From Octopus bimaculoides (taxonomy: Eukaryota), in contig NC_068986.1 in NCBI RefSeq assembly GCF_001194135.2, positions 100,638,499 through 100,689,852 of the forward strand: DNA of 51,354 nt. The letters are read 5' to 3'. Within the stretch, counting starts at the first letter, position 1; every line of letters begins with the position of its first letter. A program made the translations under genes and the position numbers. Positions 1 through 12,848 of this stretch are shown one piece after another. The notes under the pieces are model-generated. The model ran no database searches. It was not told where the DNA came from and saw only the letters and a program-made list of their open reading frames with translations.

Positions 1-270
1 GATGTGGTGTGGCGGTGTTGGTGCATGGGTTCGGGTTGACGATGTGGAAATGGGGTAATGTCGTAGGGATGGGGATGTGGCGGCGGGTGATGAGTAGGGG
101 TGGGGAAGTGGCAGTGGGATGTGTGGGGGTCGGGTGTGGATGGGGGTATCAATGAAAGAAGAAGGTGGGTAGGAGTGGAGAGTGGAAATAGGTGCCAAGT
201 TAAAAGAGGAGAAGAGAGGTGGGTAGGGAAGAAAAGAAGAAGTAGGTGTCAGATGAAGGGAGGAGAAAAG
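1..270. repeat. G-rich then purine-rich low-complexity tract
   Basis: About twelve GGG/GGGG runs in 27-146, then a GA-rich tract to ~270; strongly C-poor on the + strand. Confidence 0.7.
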
Positions 271-284
271 TCATATATCGGGTG

Positions 285-779
285 CTAAACTGCGTCCTAC
301 ACACAATAACCAAGGGGTTGATGTCTGAGAAGTTAGGTGGCCAGATGTTAGGGCTGATGTGATCCCAGAAATTTTCTGACATTCATGATTGGTTCCTCCC
401 GCTCCTGATGCATGGTTCAGTTTCCTGTTACCAGACATAGCTTCTTCCAACAGCCACCTTCTTGGACCAGCGCAGCACTATCTTCCCGGGCACTTTATGT
501 ATGCCTCCGTGTTGAGTCTTCGGCCGTGTGGGAAGATGAGGCATAACTTCACCATCACTAGTAATCACCCCAAACACCACGATGTTGAGAGGATATCTGA
601 TTTTTATCACTCTCGGTTCTGTTCTGGCAGAATGAAATGCGACATGGTGCTGTTTTTCTCACAGACGGTGCACAACTGACAGTACTATACTGTGTCGTCA
701 GCAAAATCAAAAACAATAAATGCGCATGCGCAAAATTAAAAAATATGAGATGGTGAATGTTCACCTATTGCACTCGGTG
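285..779 (-). mobile_element. Internally deleted Tc1/mariner DNA transposon remnant, DD37D (maT-like) spacing
   Basis: Minus strand reads 'NIVVFGVITSDGEVMP', then 'SYVW*QETEPCI' (degenerate W-Q-Q-D-x-A-P-x-H) and 'SENFWDHISPNIWPPNFSDINPLV' (WPPNSPDLNPLD motif). 37 residues separate the positions of the 2nd and 3rd catalytic Asp, both mutated. Left end CACCGAGTGCAATAGG begins at 779 next to TA (780-781). Confidence 0.85.
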
Positions 780-1209
780 TATATATATAATGGAGAAATT
801 GTACAAACTGTATAAATAGATGATGAGTTAAACACCGGGACGGTTTCCACTACTTGTTGTTATCCGTAGATTATTGGAGGAACTTCGTAGTGACATTTGA
901 GGTAACAGCATTAATAAAATAGGTGGAAGAAAAGATTTTATTTAGTGCGACACATGTTTCGATCCGTTTATATATATATACACGCAGTGCTATAAAGGAG
1001 AAACATGCAACTCTACCGAAAGGTATTGCATAATAACTCATATATATAGCGACAAGACATTGATCTCTCTATATATTGCTGGGATGTTGCATGTTCAAAC
1101 CCGTGTTTTGTGGTATTTATGCCGCTAGTTCCCACTAGATTTGAGTTACATTTTCAGTACGTTCAACTAAGAATTTAATTCCATTGGGGTCCACAATATA
1201 GAAATAGAA

Positions 1210-1308
1210 CACACACAGCGACACACACACACACGCACACACACACAGACACACACACAGACACACACACACATACGCACACACACATAGGCACACACAC
1301 ACACACAC
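1210..1308. repeat. (CA)n microsatellite, interrupted
   Basis: Direct inspection. Confidence 0.95.
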
Positions 1309-2552
1309 ATGCCATCCCAAATCACTTGTCTTGCTTATAATAGCCAATGTGAATGACCTATTCGTAGGTATTACTTTTCTTCGGAAAACAAGAAACTAAA
1401 ACACCCTTCATGTTGTGAGTATTTTATACGAAACTGAATCATTCGCTATGTTTGCAACATTTATAAGTTAACTTTCGAACAACACGGTGATGACTAGAAA
1501 AAGCTTTCAAATGTATATGTTTTTTGATAATGTGATTGTAATTAAATCTCTTTTGCCTAAGATGAAAATTACGCCAGTTTTGAAGCAGAGACTGATGTCA
1601 TTAACTTCATGTACTGCTGCTTTAAGTCGTTCTTCTTTGTTTCAGCTTCCTTCTTCGCCGTTTTATATAATTTATTTTATTGTCAATTTATAAAATTTTA
1701 CTCTTTTACTGTTTGCTAACACATTTAGAAATACAAATCTAAGTCTTTGCCGTTTTATGTTTTTTGAGTCTTTTTTTTTCACATAATTATTAATTTTTGA
1801 ACGTAAAAGAAACTGCAAGATTTCAAAGGCGTAAACTACTTGTAGAACCAATTCCCCTTAGTATTATTAATTAAACTAATTAAACATGGAGCATTACAGA
1901 AAAAGAAGGAATGTAAACAATAAAAACTTGGAATTAAAATAGAAACAATTATTTTAGTTTTATCGAAAGGTAAAATTTTATCCTATTCTAAATTTTACCA
2001 TAAAAAAAAAAAATGTATTTCTTAAATTTCCTCCAAATTAAATAAAGTTTGCAAACGATAGTGAAAGTTTTAACCACGTCTATATGATTGAGATGTAGTC
2101 TGTTTTACATAAGATTAAAATAGTCAACTACGTTCCTCACCCCCTTTTGTAACTACAGCGTTTATAACATTCAGCCTCAACCACGAAATCTCTATGGGGA
2201 AGATTTACTAAAATCAACGTTACTATAACTGCTAAAAACGTCTTTAGCAAAGATTTAGAGACTGATTCCGAAATGGATTGTCGGCATGTACGGAAAATGC
2301 AATCAGAGGTAAATACAACAGAGGTAAATTTCTTTGATTCTATACCCATGATACTCTTCAAATCCACCCTATTGAGAACTTCACATCCGGAAAAAAATCC
2401 TCGCTCCAAAACGTATGTCTTCTAGAAAGCTTAACTAAAAGACCTTCTTTCACTAAAATCAGCTCATTTATTGTACCTTCCTTAAACTCGGTGTAAACTT
2501 TTAGGCACGATCGCATGTACACATGCATTTGTGCAGACTCTATTTAGGAAAA

Positions 2553-2722
2553 ATATCCTTTTCTACTCTAAGAACAAGGTGCAAACTGGTACATAATTTA
2601 TTGACCCCAAAATGATAGAACGACAAAGTCGAATTCGACGGAAGTTGAACTCAGCTCCTAAAGACTAAGTATTTCGCCACTAAGCTTTTCGCCAGATGTG
2701 CTAACGATTCTGTAAGCTCGAC
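2553..2722 (-). mobile_element. tRNA-derived SINE (family A), internally deleted
   Basis: Minus strand has a tRNA-like head with B-box-like GAGTTCAACTTCC. Body 'caactggtac...gacccc...aaagtcga' is shared with the copies at 8690 and 25180. Resembles an abundant octopus SINE from memory. Confidence 0.75.
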
Positions 2723-3680
2723 ACCCTCTTAAAAGGTAATCTTTATACACAACGTAACACACACACGCACTCATACCACCCCCATATATANNNNNNNNNN
2801 NNNNNNNNNNNNNNNNNNNNNNNNNNNNNNNNNNNNNNNNNNNNNNNNNNNNNNNNNNNNNNNNNNNNNNNNNNNNNNNNNNNNNNNNNNNNNNNNNNNN
2901 NNNNNNNNNNNNNNNNNNNNNNNNNNNNNNNNNNNNNNNNNNNNNNNNNNNNNNNNNNNNNNNNNNNNNNNNNNNNNNNNNNNNNNNNNNNNNNNNNNNN
3001 NNNNNNNNNNNNNNNNNNNNNNNNNNNNNNNNNNNNNNNNNNNNNNNNNNNNNNNNNNNNNNNNNNNNNNNNNNNNNNNNNNNNNNNNNNNNNNNNNNNN
3101 NNNNNNNNNNNNNNNNNNNNNNNNNNNNNNNNNNNNNNNNNNNNNNNNNNNNNNNNNNNNNNNNNNNNNNNNNNNNNNNNNNNNNNNNNNNNNNNNNNNN
3201 NNNNNNNNNNNNNNNNNNNNNNNNNNNNNNNNNNNNNNNNNNNNNNNNNNNNNNNNNNNNNNNNNNNNNNNNNNNNNNNNNNNNNNNNATATATATACTT
3301 TCCTGCACAAAGCCAGAAATTCGTTGGAAAATTTCGGGAAAATATTAACCTTCAAACGTGAACATATTAAAGATATGCTACTCCAGCTCAGACTAGTGTA
3401 CTCTGTCGTCTGCTCCTTAGTATTTTAAACAAAACAATCTAAAACACATAGATTCCAAATTCACTTATGGTAAGTTAACATTTTTCCTTGGTTTCATGCA
3501 ATTAAGAAATGATCACCCTTGTGATTCCATTTTCCTGCTAATATATTTTATACCTATACAGGTATATATATTACATCTTAATGTGGCATGTAGATCAAGT
3601 ATTGTTTCTGTATCAAATGGAATTTTTCATTAAGCTCTCTTTTTTCTCTTTCTCTCCTCCACTGCGACTGTGAAGACATT

Positions 3681-4530
3681 CGAGGCGGTACCCAAAAATA
3701 ACCGGAAACATTCTCTGTGGAATAAGCCCGTTGTAGTTCAGTCTTCTGATGCTATAAGCCACTGGGTGCGACACACATCCACCAGTCTTCCGACAGGAAT
3801 TGTCCTATGGGCTCATACTGGTGAGTTTTTGTTTTGCAATGCCTCTCTCCTGTTCGTCGATGTTCACGACGGATGAAACGAAGGAACAGCGTGTTTCCGT
3901 GAAATTCTGTTTTCCCTGGGGCAAAGCGGCCGAATCAGCTGCCATGCTTAAAAATGCTTACAAGGACGCTGTCAGTGACACAACAGACGTTTATGAGAGG
4001 TTTTCCCGCTTCAGGAATGATCACTTGTCGTTTAAAGATCAACTTCGTTCAGGGCGAATGTTAACAACTTGAACGATTGAACACCTGAAGAAATTCATGA
4101 ACTCCTCTTGGAGGACCGTCACGGAACAATTGACGAACTGATTGATATGACTGGTGTATCCTGGAACTCCTGCCAAATAATTTTGAGCGAGGAATTGTGA
4201 ATGAAAATAGGTGCAGCAAAAGTTGTGCCTCATGAAAGATAAAAATTATTCACGATTAAATGTGTGTCCTGGACTGAAAGTACATTTGGAAGTTGATGCG
4301 GATCTTTCTTCGAAGGTTATCATTGACGATGAAAGCTGTTTCTACGGAATTTGCAAATGTGGAAGTAGTGAATAACGTTTTAAAAAAAACATGACAGAGT
4401 TGTAAAAAGGCATCACTTCGCAAGTGTTCAAGCACTGCTTCAACCAGTGGAAAGCGTGTCTGAACCGATGTATTGCTTCAAGTGGAGAATACTTTGAAGG
4501 CGATAAAAGTGTAAACATGTAAAACTAAGT
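3681..4530 (+). mobile_element. Decayed mariner element; transposase pseudogene lacking most of the catalytic domain
   Basis: TIR-like start CGAGGCGGTACCCAAAAATAACCGGAA. HTH1 'EQRVSVKFCFPWGKAAESAAMLKNAY...VYERFSRFR...KDQLRSGR'; HTH2 'IHELLLEDRHGTIDELIDMTGVSWNSCQIILSEEL*MKIGAAKVVPH'; first-Asp motif 'KVIIDDESCFYG'; C-terminus 'FKHCFNQWKACLNRCIASSGEYFEGD'. Stops, frameshifts and a large deletion are present. Confidence 0.9.
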
Positions 4531-4684
4531 GAATGAAATAATATCGTATCGTCTGTTCTTCAGAATGTTTAATTTACTTTAGAAACGCCGTATGTTAGGT
4601 CAATTCTTCAACGACTTAGTTTATAACCTGCATACTAAAATACATTTATACATACGTCTAATTATATAGAAGTCTATACGTATA

Positions 4685-4830
4685 AATATGCATACGTGCA
4701 TATACGTTTGTACGTACATATGTATGTATGTATGTATGCATGTATGTGTGTATGTATGTGTGTATGTATGTACGTATGTATGTATGTATGTATGTATGTA
4801 TGTATGTATGTATGTGCATGTATGTATATA
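4685..4830. repeat. (TATG)n tetranucleotide microsatellite
   Basis: Direct inspection. Confidence 0.95.
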
Positions 4831-4876
4831 GTGTCTGAAGTGGCGTGCAGTTATTGTATATTCAGAAAAACGAGTT

Positions 4877-5039
4877 AGTCAGAATTTTGGGTAATCTTTA
4901 TTAGCCCTTCCATTCGTTTAACCGAACTCTTCAAGAGAAAAATTAAAACAAAAATGATCCTATTGGTTTTAATTTTCGTCTTGAAGAGTTCGGTTAAACG
5001 AATGAATGCGTTAATAAAGAATTACATAAAATTCTGACT
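4877..5039. repeat. 163-bp imperfect palindrome (foldback/MITE-like)
   Basis: Perfect 26-bp inverted repeat 4911-4936/4979-5004; ends AGTCAGAATTTT and AAAATTCTGACT. Confidence 0.85.
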
Positions 5040-8000
5040 GCCTCCTTTCTCTCAACATATGTATATATGTATATATGTATATATGTATATATGCATGTGT
5101 GTGTATAATATACATATATGTATGTACGTTTGCATTTTGTGTGTATATTGGTGTATATAATTGCGTGTGGGAGATCTCGTGTTTATTAGTATCGATATTA
5201 GTCTTAATCACATACGAAGAGAAAAGTAATTGACAAATATATTAACAATGAAAGTAAACAAACGAGAAAAATACAAAACAAGACAGAAAACTAATATTTG
5301 ACAGTTGAACCCAATTAGTGTTCAATAGAGTCACATTCCGATGACAAATGGGAATAGTTTCTTTGAAATTCAAAGAATCTTTATGATATGTTTATCTCAA
5401 TTATTGCAAGTTTACTTTTCATTTGTTTATTTTTATTAGATAAAATGAATATAAGTGCCCGTCATTAAAGTCAAAATGGTTGAATAAAATAGATATCACG
5501 CCAAAATATATACAAATCTCAAACAACAAATAAATCACATTAAATAAAAGGAAAGAGATAAGAAAAAGAAAATTATTACAGTATTTAGTGCTCAAGTTGG
5601 ATACGAAACAACTAGTCTAATGATACAAATACAAATTACAAATACCATTAATGTGGTCTGAAAGAAAACAACGTATCTAAGAAACTACCATCAATAAAAC
5701 AGAAATGAATTGCAACAAGCGAAAGAGCAGTGTCATACAAGACTCCAACTACAAAAACAACTAACGCAACACGAATACAAACTGTAAGTACAACATCGCA
5801 TTTGAAAGACATAACCTATTGAAGCTGTCACAACATGGATTTTGGATATATAAATTATGCATGAGCATTTTTTATCATCTGTTAAACAATTGCCGTTGTT
5901 GTTTTTAACTCAAATTGTCAGTTTATTTTTACTTCCTCCAGTCATGAGCGATGATAATATAGAAATTGCTTTGATTCTATTTCTGTCATTTTGTTTGTTT
6001 TCTTATATATATATATATATGTATCCTTCAGGTTGGGCCAAAGTCATGCACGCACAAAATAAATTCAATACGTTCCGGAATTGTCAAAGACATGCTTGGA
6101 TGTTTCTAAAATTGAATAAAATAAATAAAATAATGATGAACACACACGTACTTGTACATGAACAAAATGAATAAAATTAATAACGTAATATAATTGAAAT
6201 GTCAAATATTTTGTAGCGCGATTTTGAGAACTCCGTATTATGGGATTTCTTAAATTTTCACCTGCTTTCTGACTAATTTTAAATGATCAGTACTATTAAG
6301 CTCATCCTCATACTTAAGAATATCTTTTCCTTAATAATCTTAATCATACAAGGTTTCCAGTATGATCATAAATGATACGAATTAGGAAGATATTACGTTG
6401 AGACAATATTACGTCTAATTGGAAATTGCATGTTAACTGTGCCATATAATTTTTAATGTAAAAACCGATGTGAAGCATACCCCAATGAGCAGACTGAGAA
6501 GCAAGCTTTCCTATTCAATAACAACATATAGTAGGCACGTGAGAAATAAACCAATTACCTGACGGCAATCGTAATACAAACAGCAGTGAAATAGAAACCG
6601 CCTTACCTTTTTTAAAGGAGGTGATCAGTTGGAAAATCCGGGACTGGTGTTGTTTCATTTAAGTGGCATTTCTCAGTTGTATTTATCTGGCCAAGCAACC
6701 ACTTGAAAGAACATTAAATGTGGACCTATAAAGGCTCTGATGCACGCTGCCGAAATACACCGTTTGTGGCAAATTAATTATAATTCAATGCCGAAACACA
6801 TAGTTGAGAAAAACAATATACAAATGAAATATATAATTCATATGGCACAAAGAAACAACTAGAAACCAAACTAAAAGCATTAATTGACACTGAAAGCTAT
6901 AATATCAGAAATAGTAAAACAGTAATTACCCATGTTATATTGTTTGACACGCTGAACACAGTAGACAAATCTCCCTCTACTGTTTAAAAAGACAAAGATC
7001 GCTGTACATAATGCTGCTCAATATATCCTAAAATAACAAATGTTTGCATCTGTAAAGGTTTAATGATATATGCTTAAATAATAAAAACAATAAGAACAAC
7101 GAATAGTTATAAGCACATTATAGTCAAAGCCAATATTTGTAAGGTTTTATATTTATATTCTTGCATTGAATTTACCTTATCTTGAAATGTGTAGCGATGA
7201 CTAAATAGTATACGTTACATCGACGACCTGTTTAAGAATTCGCTCTGAAATAAAATAAATATTTTTCTTTTAAAAAAAAAGCAGCGAGGAAATCTAACAA
7301 TATAATGTATTATGTATTTCTATAATTTTCAAATATCCGAATTGGCGATTAGCTACCTTATATATGGGATTAATATGAACCAATCTATATACTACCTGCT
7401 AAATCCTTAATATTTGCAATCCAGCATTTAATAATAGCTGAATAAAATCATATTTCTAAGATCTATTTAATAATGTCTTCTATGAAATCCAATGTCATGG
7501 TGCAGAAATAAACGCATGTTATTCGAGCCACTGAACCTTTAGATAATTAGCCAATACGCTAATGAATCAATAAAAAATAAAAACGCTCAATGAAAAAATA
7601 AAAACCTCAGACTTTTTTCTCATTATATTTTCATTTTATATTCTATCACACCTGACACCCGCTGACAATTGTATATTTGTCCAAATTCATGAACGCATAG
7701 ACCGTCTTGCAATCGTAAAACATAATAGAATTGACTTCCATAATCTGTAATTAATACCACGATGTGTGAGTTATTCTGTCTTTAAAACTTTATTGTTTTA
7801 GACACTTCGAAACATTGATAATGGGTATTTATATTCTTTATGTTTCTTTATACGTCATTGCGTAGTTTTTTTGTCTTTGCCGTTCTTGTGACTGTTCATA
7901 CTCTTTTTTCTAAAAACCCAAGCAAAGAAAAAAAAACTAAAATAATAGAGAAGAGTGTATCGATTGTTGGTACTACAGATGCTGTTTGTATTTCAACTCA

Positions 8001-8689
8001 TATATTGAACTGATCTCAAGCAATTTCATTATCTAATATTACGACACTTTAGTCTGTGTTCATTTTGATAACGATTACATTTTATTATTATTGCAGAATT
8101 AAAAACACAATATTGGATTTTTTGGTAAATGTTCGTATTGTTTTTTTTTTCTCCTTTCCAGTTTGTGCGCCTGATAGATTTTACGTTTGCTTTTTGTGAT
8201 ACCATCATATTATTTCCTGAATCACCGTTGAGTTTCTATATTATACAATTACAAAATACTATGAACTCCACAAAAATAGCGATATCGCTAAATAGCTTTT
8301 ATTTATTTTAACGATAATATATTTGTGTCGACAGCTGAAATAACCAAAGTCACTGACACTCCCGGAAGAGACGGAGCTGTTTATATCGAGATGGCGCCGG
8401 TTTAATGTCAAATAGTCGATGAGTTGTAGACAGCCAATGTAGCTGAGTTGTGTCTTGTGTGAAGACGTATAATTTTCAAACCTCCATTGAGACAACAGTT
8501 AAATTACTACTATATGCCATATAGTCCACAGCTAACACAAGAGACGAATAATAGCATTACTGATTGACTAGTGGCCAGATTCTAAAATTATTCGAGATAT
8601 ATCACATTCATTAGAATTTCACAACGTTTCTATCGAACTGGCATGCTTATGAATATACAATATATGATGTAATATAATATAATGTAATA

Positions 8690-8809
8690 TAATCCTCGCT
8701 ACTATAGACACAACACCAGAAAGTTTGGGGAGGGTTATAGTCGATTATATTGTGCCCCAATACTCAACAGGTACTTATTTCATCGACCATGAATGGATAA
8801 AAGGCAAAC
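8690..8809 (-). mobile_element. SINE family A, headless 3' fragment
   Basis: 'tagtcgattatattgtgccccaatactcaacaggtacttatttcatcgaccatgaatggataaaaggcaaa' matches the body of the copies at 2553 and 25180. Confidence 0.65.
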
Positions 8810-9309
8810 TACAAATGTCAAGTACAACAATCGTTGTTACAAGAGTGTGAATATCTAACTGAATGAAGCAGATACTGCGACTGATTTGCAAAATGTTTTT
8901 TTTTATTTCGATGGCATATGGCTATTTCATGAAAATTATGACTCTGGTTAATTACTCGATCACCGATTATTAATTTTAAAAATCAATGATATATTGCATC
9001 TCTGAATAACAAAATAATGCATGGCGATGGAGACGTGATGTGAAGATTTTTTTGGGTTGATTAAATTTCCCTACAGAATTCATCCCTATATTTAGAAATA
9101 TGTAAACTAGTGGTATAGTTATATGGATGAGGTTCAGATCATGTGATAACCGGGGAGAATCTTCGTGACACATGAAACTATTTTCCAATATTCACACCTA
9201 ACCTTTTCTCAAATACTACCTTCACCGTTATGCTCTACAGTGCGGTTGACTGTTTACGAATACATAAAGTTGTTCCTAAAAAAGAGCAGCATCAAATAGC
9301 CCCAATGAA

Positions 9310-9347
<38 letters not shown>

Positions 9348-10144
9348 NNNNNNNNNNNNNNNNNNNNNNNNNNNNNNNNNNNNNNNNNNNNNNATATGTG
9401 TGTGTGTGTGTGTGTATGTGTGTGTGTGTGTGTGTGTATACATATATGTGTGTGTGTATGTGTGTGTGTAACTATTTTCACAAAGTCTGCACACTTTGCA
9501 TTTATAATTTCTGTATTGCATCTAAGTCGTTTCTTATTGAATAATATCTTCGCATTTGCCAGAAAGAAATAGCTTCTGAAAAACTAAGGATTGATAGATT
9601 ACAATATGTTACTATAGTGATATACGTTCGGATATCTGTGGCTTCGACATTGGCTTCCATTTACTTGAGGATGGTGAGATAATCACGACCTACACATTGT
9701 CTTAAGTCTCAATTCTCTTGCCTCGCTATATGACAGATTGTACTATTATAATATTTATTACAATAATAATATTTAGGGGAATATTAGCTAAATTTGTTTA
9801 AATTTCCTGAAATATTATGTGATAATTTGCAAAACAAACATGGATAAATATATTTCAATTCTTAGTAATGATATGTAAATAGACTAAAGATTTAGACATA
9901 CAAGTGTTCTGTTTTTTTTTTTCTGGAATGTAACTATACCAATATTTGTAAGTGATATGTGAATGTAATTACATAAATCTCAGAGGCATTATGGCATAAG
10001 AAAAATCTGCCTTACCTACAATAGATTATGTAGACAAATGATATTATGCTAAAGATATATGTACAAACATGTATCTTATCTAAATTAATATGAATGTATT
10101 GCTACAAGAACGAATACTGTGTTATAAACCTTGTGAGGTCCTTG

Positions 10145-12355
10145 ATGCAATGTCACGTGGATAGACTTGTTCCGGATAGTAGATGTCTGCGCGTCACCGA
10201 CCAATTTATCAACGAAAAGGGCTACCCTCGTGGCTAATACCTTTGTCAAAGTCTCATAATCTGCGTTCAGCAGAGGCATGAGCATAACATAATCAACTTG
10301 GTCCCCGTTGTTCGGATCCTTTCTCAGCAGTAGCACCATGCCATGGCTAAGAACACTGGGTATTCTCCCATTCTGCTCTCAGTTGTGGTAGACATCCGTT
10401 AATAGAAAACCGAACGAGTCTAGCCGCGAAGACTTCTCTCTTGTGTAACCCACCATTGTGTCTTGTATGTCTTCGGCTGCTAGTGCATTTCACAAAAATC
10501 CGCATCCCCGGCCGAACAGCGCGGCATTCTATCGACGTAGGCGGTGAAATCCACCTTTAAATCGGGCACGCCATGCTCTGATCAGTTCCTCGAATTACCA
10601 TTCAAATTCCATACACATCTGTTTGGCGTTTAGCGAGCGCCAGTTCCGGCCGGTAAAAAAAAAAAACAAACATATTGTGGCTTTGTGCCATGTTGCACAT
10701 TTGCTCATTGAACGGCTTTGGTCCCGATTTTGAATTCTGGGAGCCTATGCTACTTCTATCAATTGGCATACAATTTATCTTCTCTAAATACGATGCGGAC
10801 GACCTGGTGTTGTTTGCCTATGTCCACATTCGTGGTGAATTCGTGAAATCCAGTTGGTACACATCACCGATTTGGAAAGGACTGAGCAGGTTTGTGAGGC
10901 ATTTGCTAGCCCCAACCTGTCCAAGCATTTATCGAAAATAGCGTTCCAATGACCCACGAGAACAGGAGTGCGAGATGTCTCAAGGAAACCTCCAATCGTC
11001 CGAAGAAATCTGTCTCTGAGTAGTCTGACTGCACCACCTTCACTTTTGCTCAATCCAGGAACACTACCTTCCCTTCCGGGTCCATGAAGATCGTCCTTAC
11101 TTCGAGATCCAGGATTTTCCTTAACGGCACTGCGACCCCAAACCCCATTGCAAACGAGAATAAGAGATTTATAAATCTCGAAATCGTCAATAACGGGGGC
11201 TAGATCGATTGTCCCGGAAATTATGGTTCCGCTGACGGCTGTTACATCTATATCAAGTGATCTGAGGTCGTTGAGCAGGTGGCCGTACATCCAGGGCGAT
11301 CCCAAGCCTAGTCTTAAACTCACTGTGATGATCGGACAGAATTTGGAGAAGACATAACAGGGCGTCTACTTACTCCCCTGGTGTCACCGTAAGTCAGGTG
11401 GTTCAATGTCCATGAGTTGTTGGGTTTCCTCTAGTTAGCCCTTTAAATACCTACTCGTACCCTTTACTTTAGGGAAGTTTTCACTAATGCGTTTATATGC
11501 CTCTATAATCGTTCGCACCAACACACCTGCATTTATGGCACTCCTTCATTGTCCTTTCTGTCCGCCTAGTTCGCCATCTCTGGCCGAACCGTGTTTACGG
11601 AGGCTCCTCTGTATAACACAATTGTTTTCTTTGTTTCTGCCAACATCTAGGAAACGAGGGATGGCAATATCTGCCCGTACCTTCTCCAGCCTGTATTTCT
11701 GAAGCACGAACTATACAAATACATTCCGTATTTTTCGTCGCTGTCGCAGAGAGCGTATTCTTGTTGATATTGTTGTCATTTATTTGTTACGATGGTATTT
11801 GGTGTAGCGGTGTTGGTACTGTTACTACGTGCTGTCTTTAGTTTAGTCCTTGTAGCACTGGTGGTGGTGTCGGAGTTACTTATGGTCGTGGTACTGCTGC
11901 TGTGTTTTGGTGTTGGAATATCCCATTTGAATGTAGCGAATTCAGCTTCATAGGTTCTGATTTCGTTGGATTTGCTTCTACTACCATTGCTTAGCGTCTT
12001 CGCAATTTCTTGCACGGGAATTTGAACCTGCTGTGTGTGTGCGCCTAATCTTTTTATTTGTGTAGCGGTCTGAGGGCACTACGGCGTCAAGTGCATTTCT
12101 ATCTGAAAAAAACATCTCACCTGCTCCTCTAAATCCTTCAACAAGACTGACTTCGCCATGGTTTTTATTCGTTTTTTACATTATTTTGAAATAGTTGTTA
12201 GGGGCACTAACAACCCGAAACAACGAGACTATGCAATATGTGTTGTTTTTGATAAACTTTTAGTAAAATATTTAAGCAATTAACATCATTTGGCTAACAA
12301 AAATTTAAAAGAAAAACTTACGATCGGACCAACGCGTGCTTTCCGTTAGGACGAC
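10145..12355 (-). mobile_element. Tx1/L1-clade LINE remnant: 5' region, ORF1 remnant, APE endonuclease, N-terminal RT; 3' half missing
   Basis: APE at 10784-11323 ('HLLNDLRSLDIDVTAVSGT', 'TPVLVGHWNAIFD...DR'). RT domains 1-2 at 10145-10339 ('MVLLLRKDPNNGD...LLNADYETLTKVLATR...LVGDAQT...SIH'). Linker 'DFTAYVDRMPRCSAGDADFCE'. Probable ORF1 start ATG at 12159 (MAKSVLLKDLEEQV). The 5' limit is approximate. Confidence 0.85.
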
Positions 12356-12425
12356 TAATAATAATAATAATCATAATAATAATAATAATAATATATAAAT
12401 ATATATATATATACATACATATATA

Positions 12426-12470
<45 letters not shown>
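12356..12470. repeat. Compound microsatellite (TAA)n-(TA)n-(CT)n
   Basis: Direct inspection; runs into a gap. Confidence 0.95.
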
Positions 12471-12813
12471 NNNNNNNNNNNNNNNNNNNNNNNNNNNNNN
12501 NNNNNNNNNNNNNNNNNNNNNNNNNNNNNNNNNNNNNNNNNNNNNNNNNNNNNNNNNNNNNNNNNNNNNNNNNNNNNNNNNNNNNNNNNNNNNNNNNNNN
12601 NNNNNNNNNNNNNNNNNNNNNNNNNNNNNNNNNNNNNNNNNNNNNNNNNNNNNNNNNNNNNNNNNNNNNNNNNNNNNNNNNNNNNNNNNNNNNNNNNNNN
12701 NNNNNNNNNNNNNNNNNNNNNNNNNNNNNNNNNNNNNNNNNNNNNNNNNNNNNNNNNNNNNNNNNNNNNNNNNTATATATATAATATTTTTATATGCTTA
12801 TATATGTAAATGC

Positions 12814-12848
<35 letters not shown>

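Noticed and set aside
1540-1812. Minus-strand helical peptide LYKTAKKEAETKKNDLKQQYMKLMTSVSASKLA*
   Set aside because: No in-frame acceptor or ATG; the frame from the nearest acceptor stops first.
6028-6050. Tc1-like TIR word CAGGTTGGGCCAAAGTC
   Set aside because: No matching opposite TIR found nearby.
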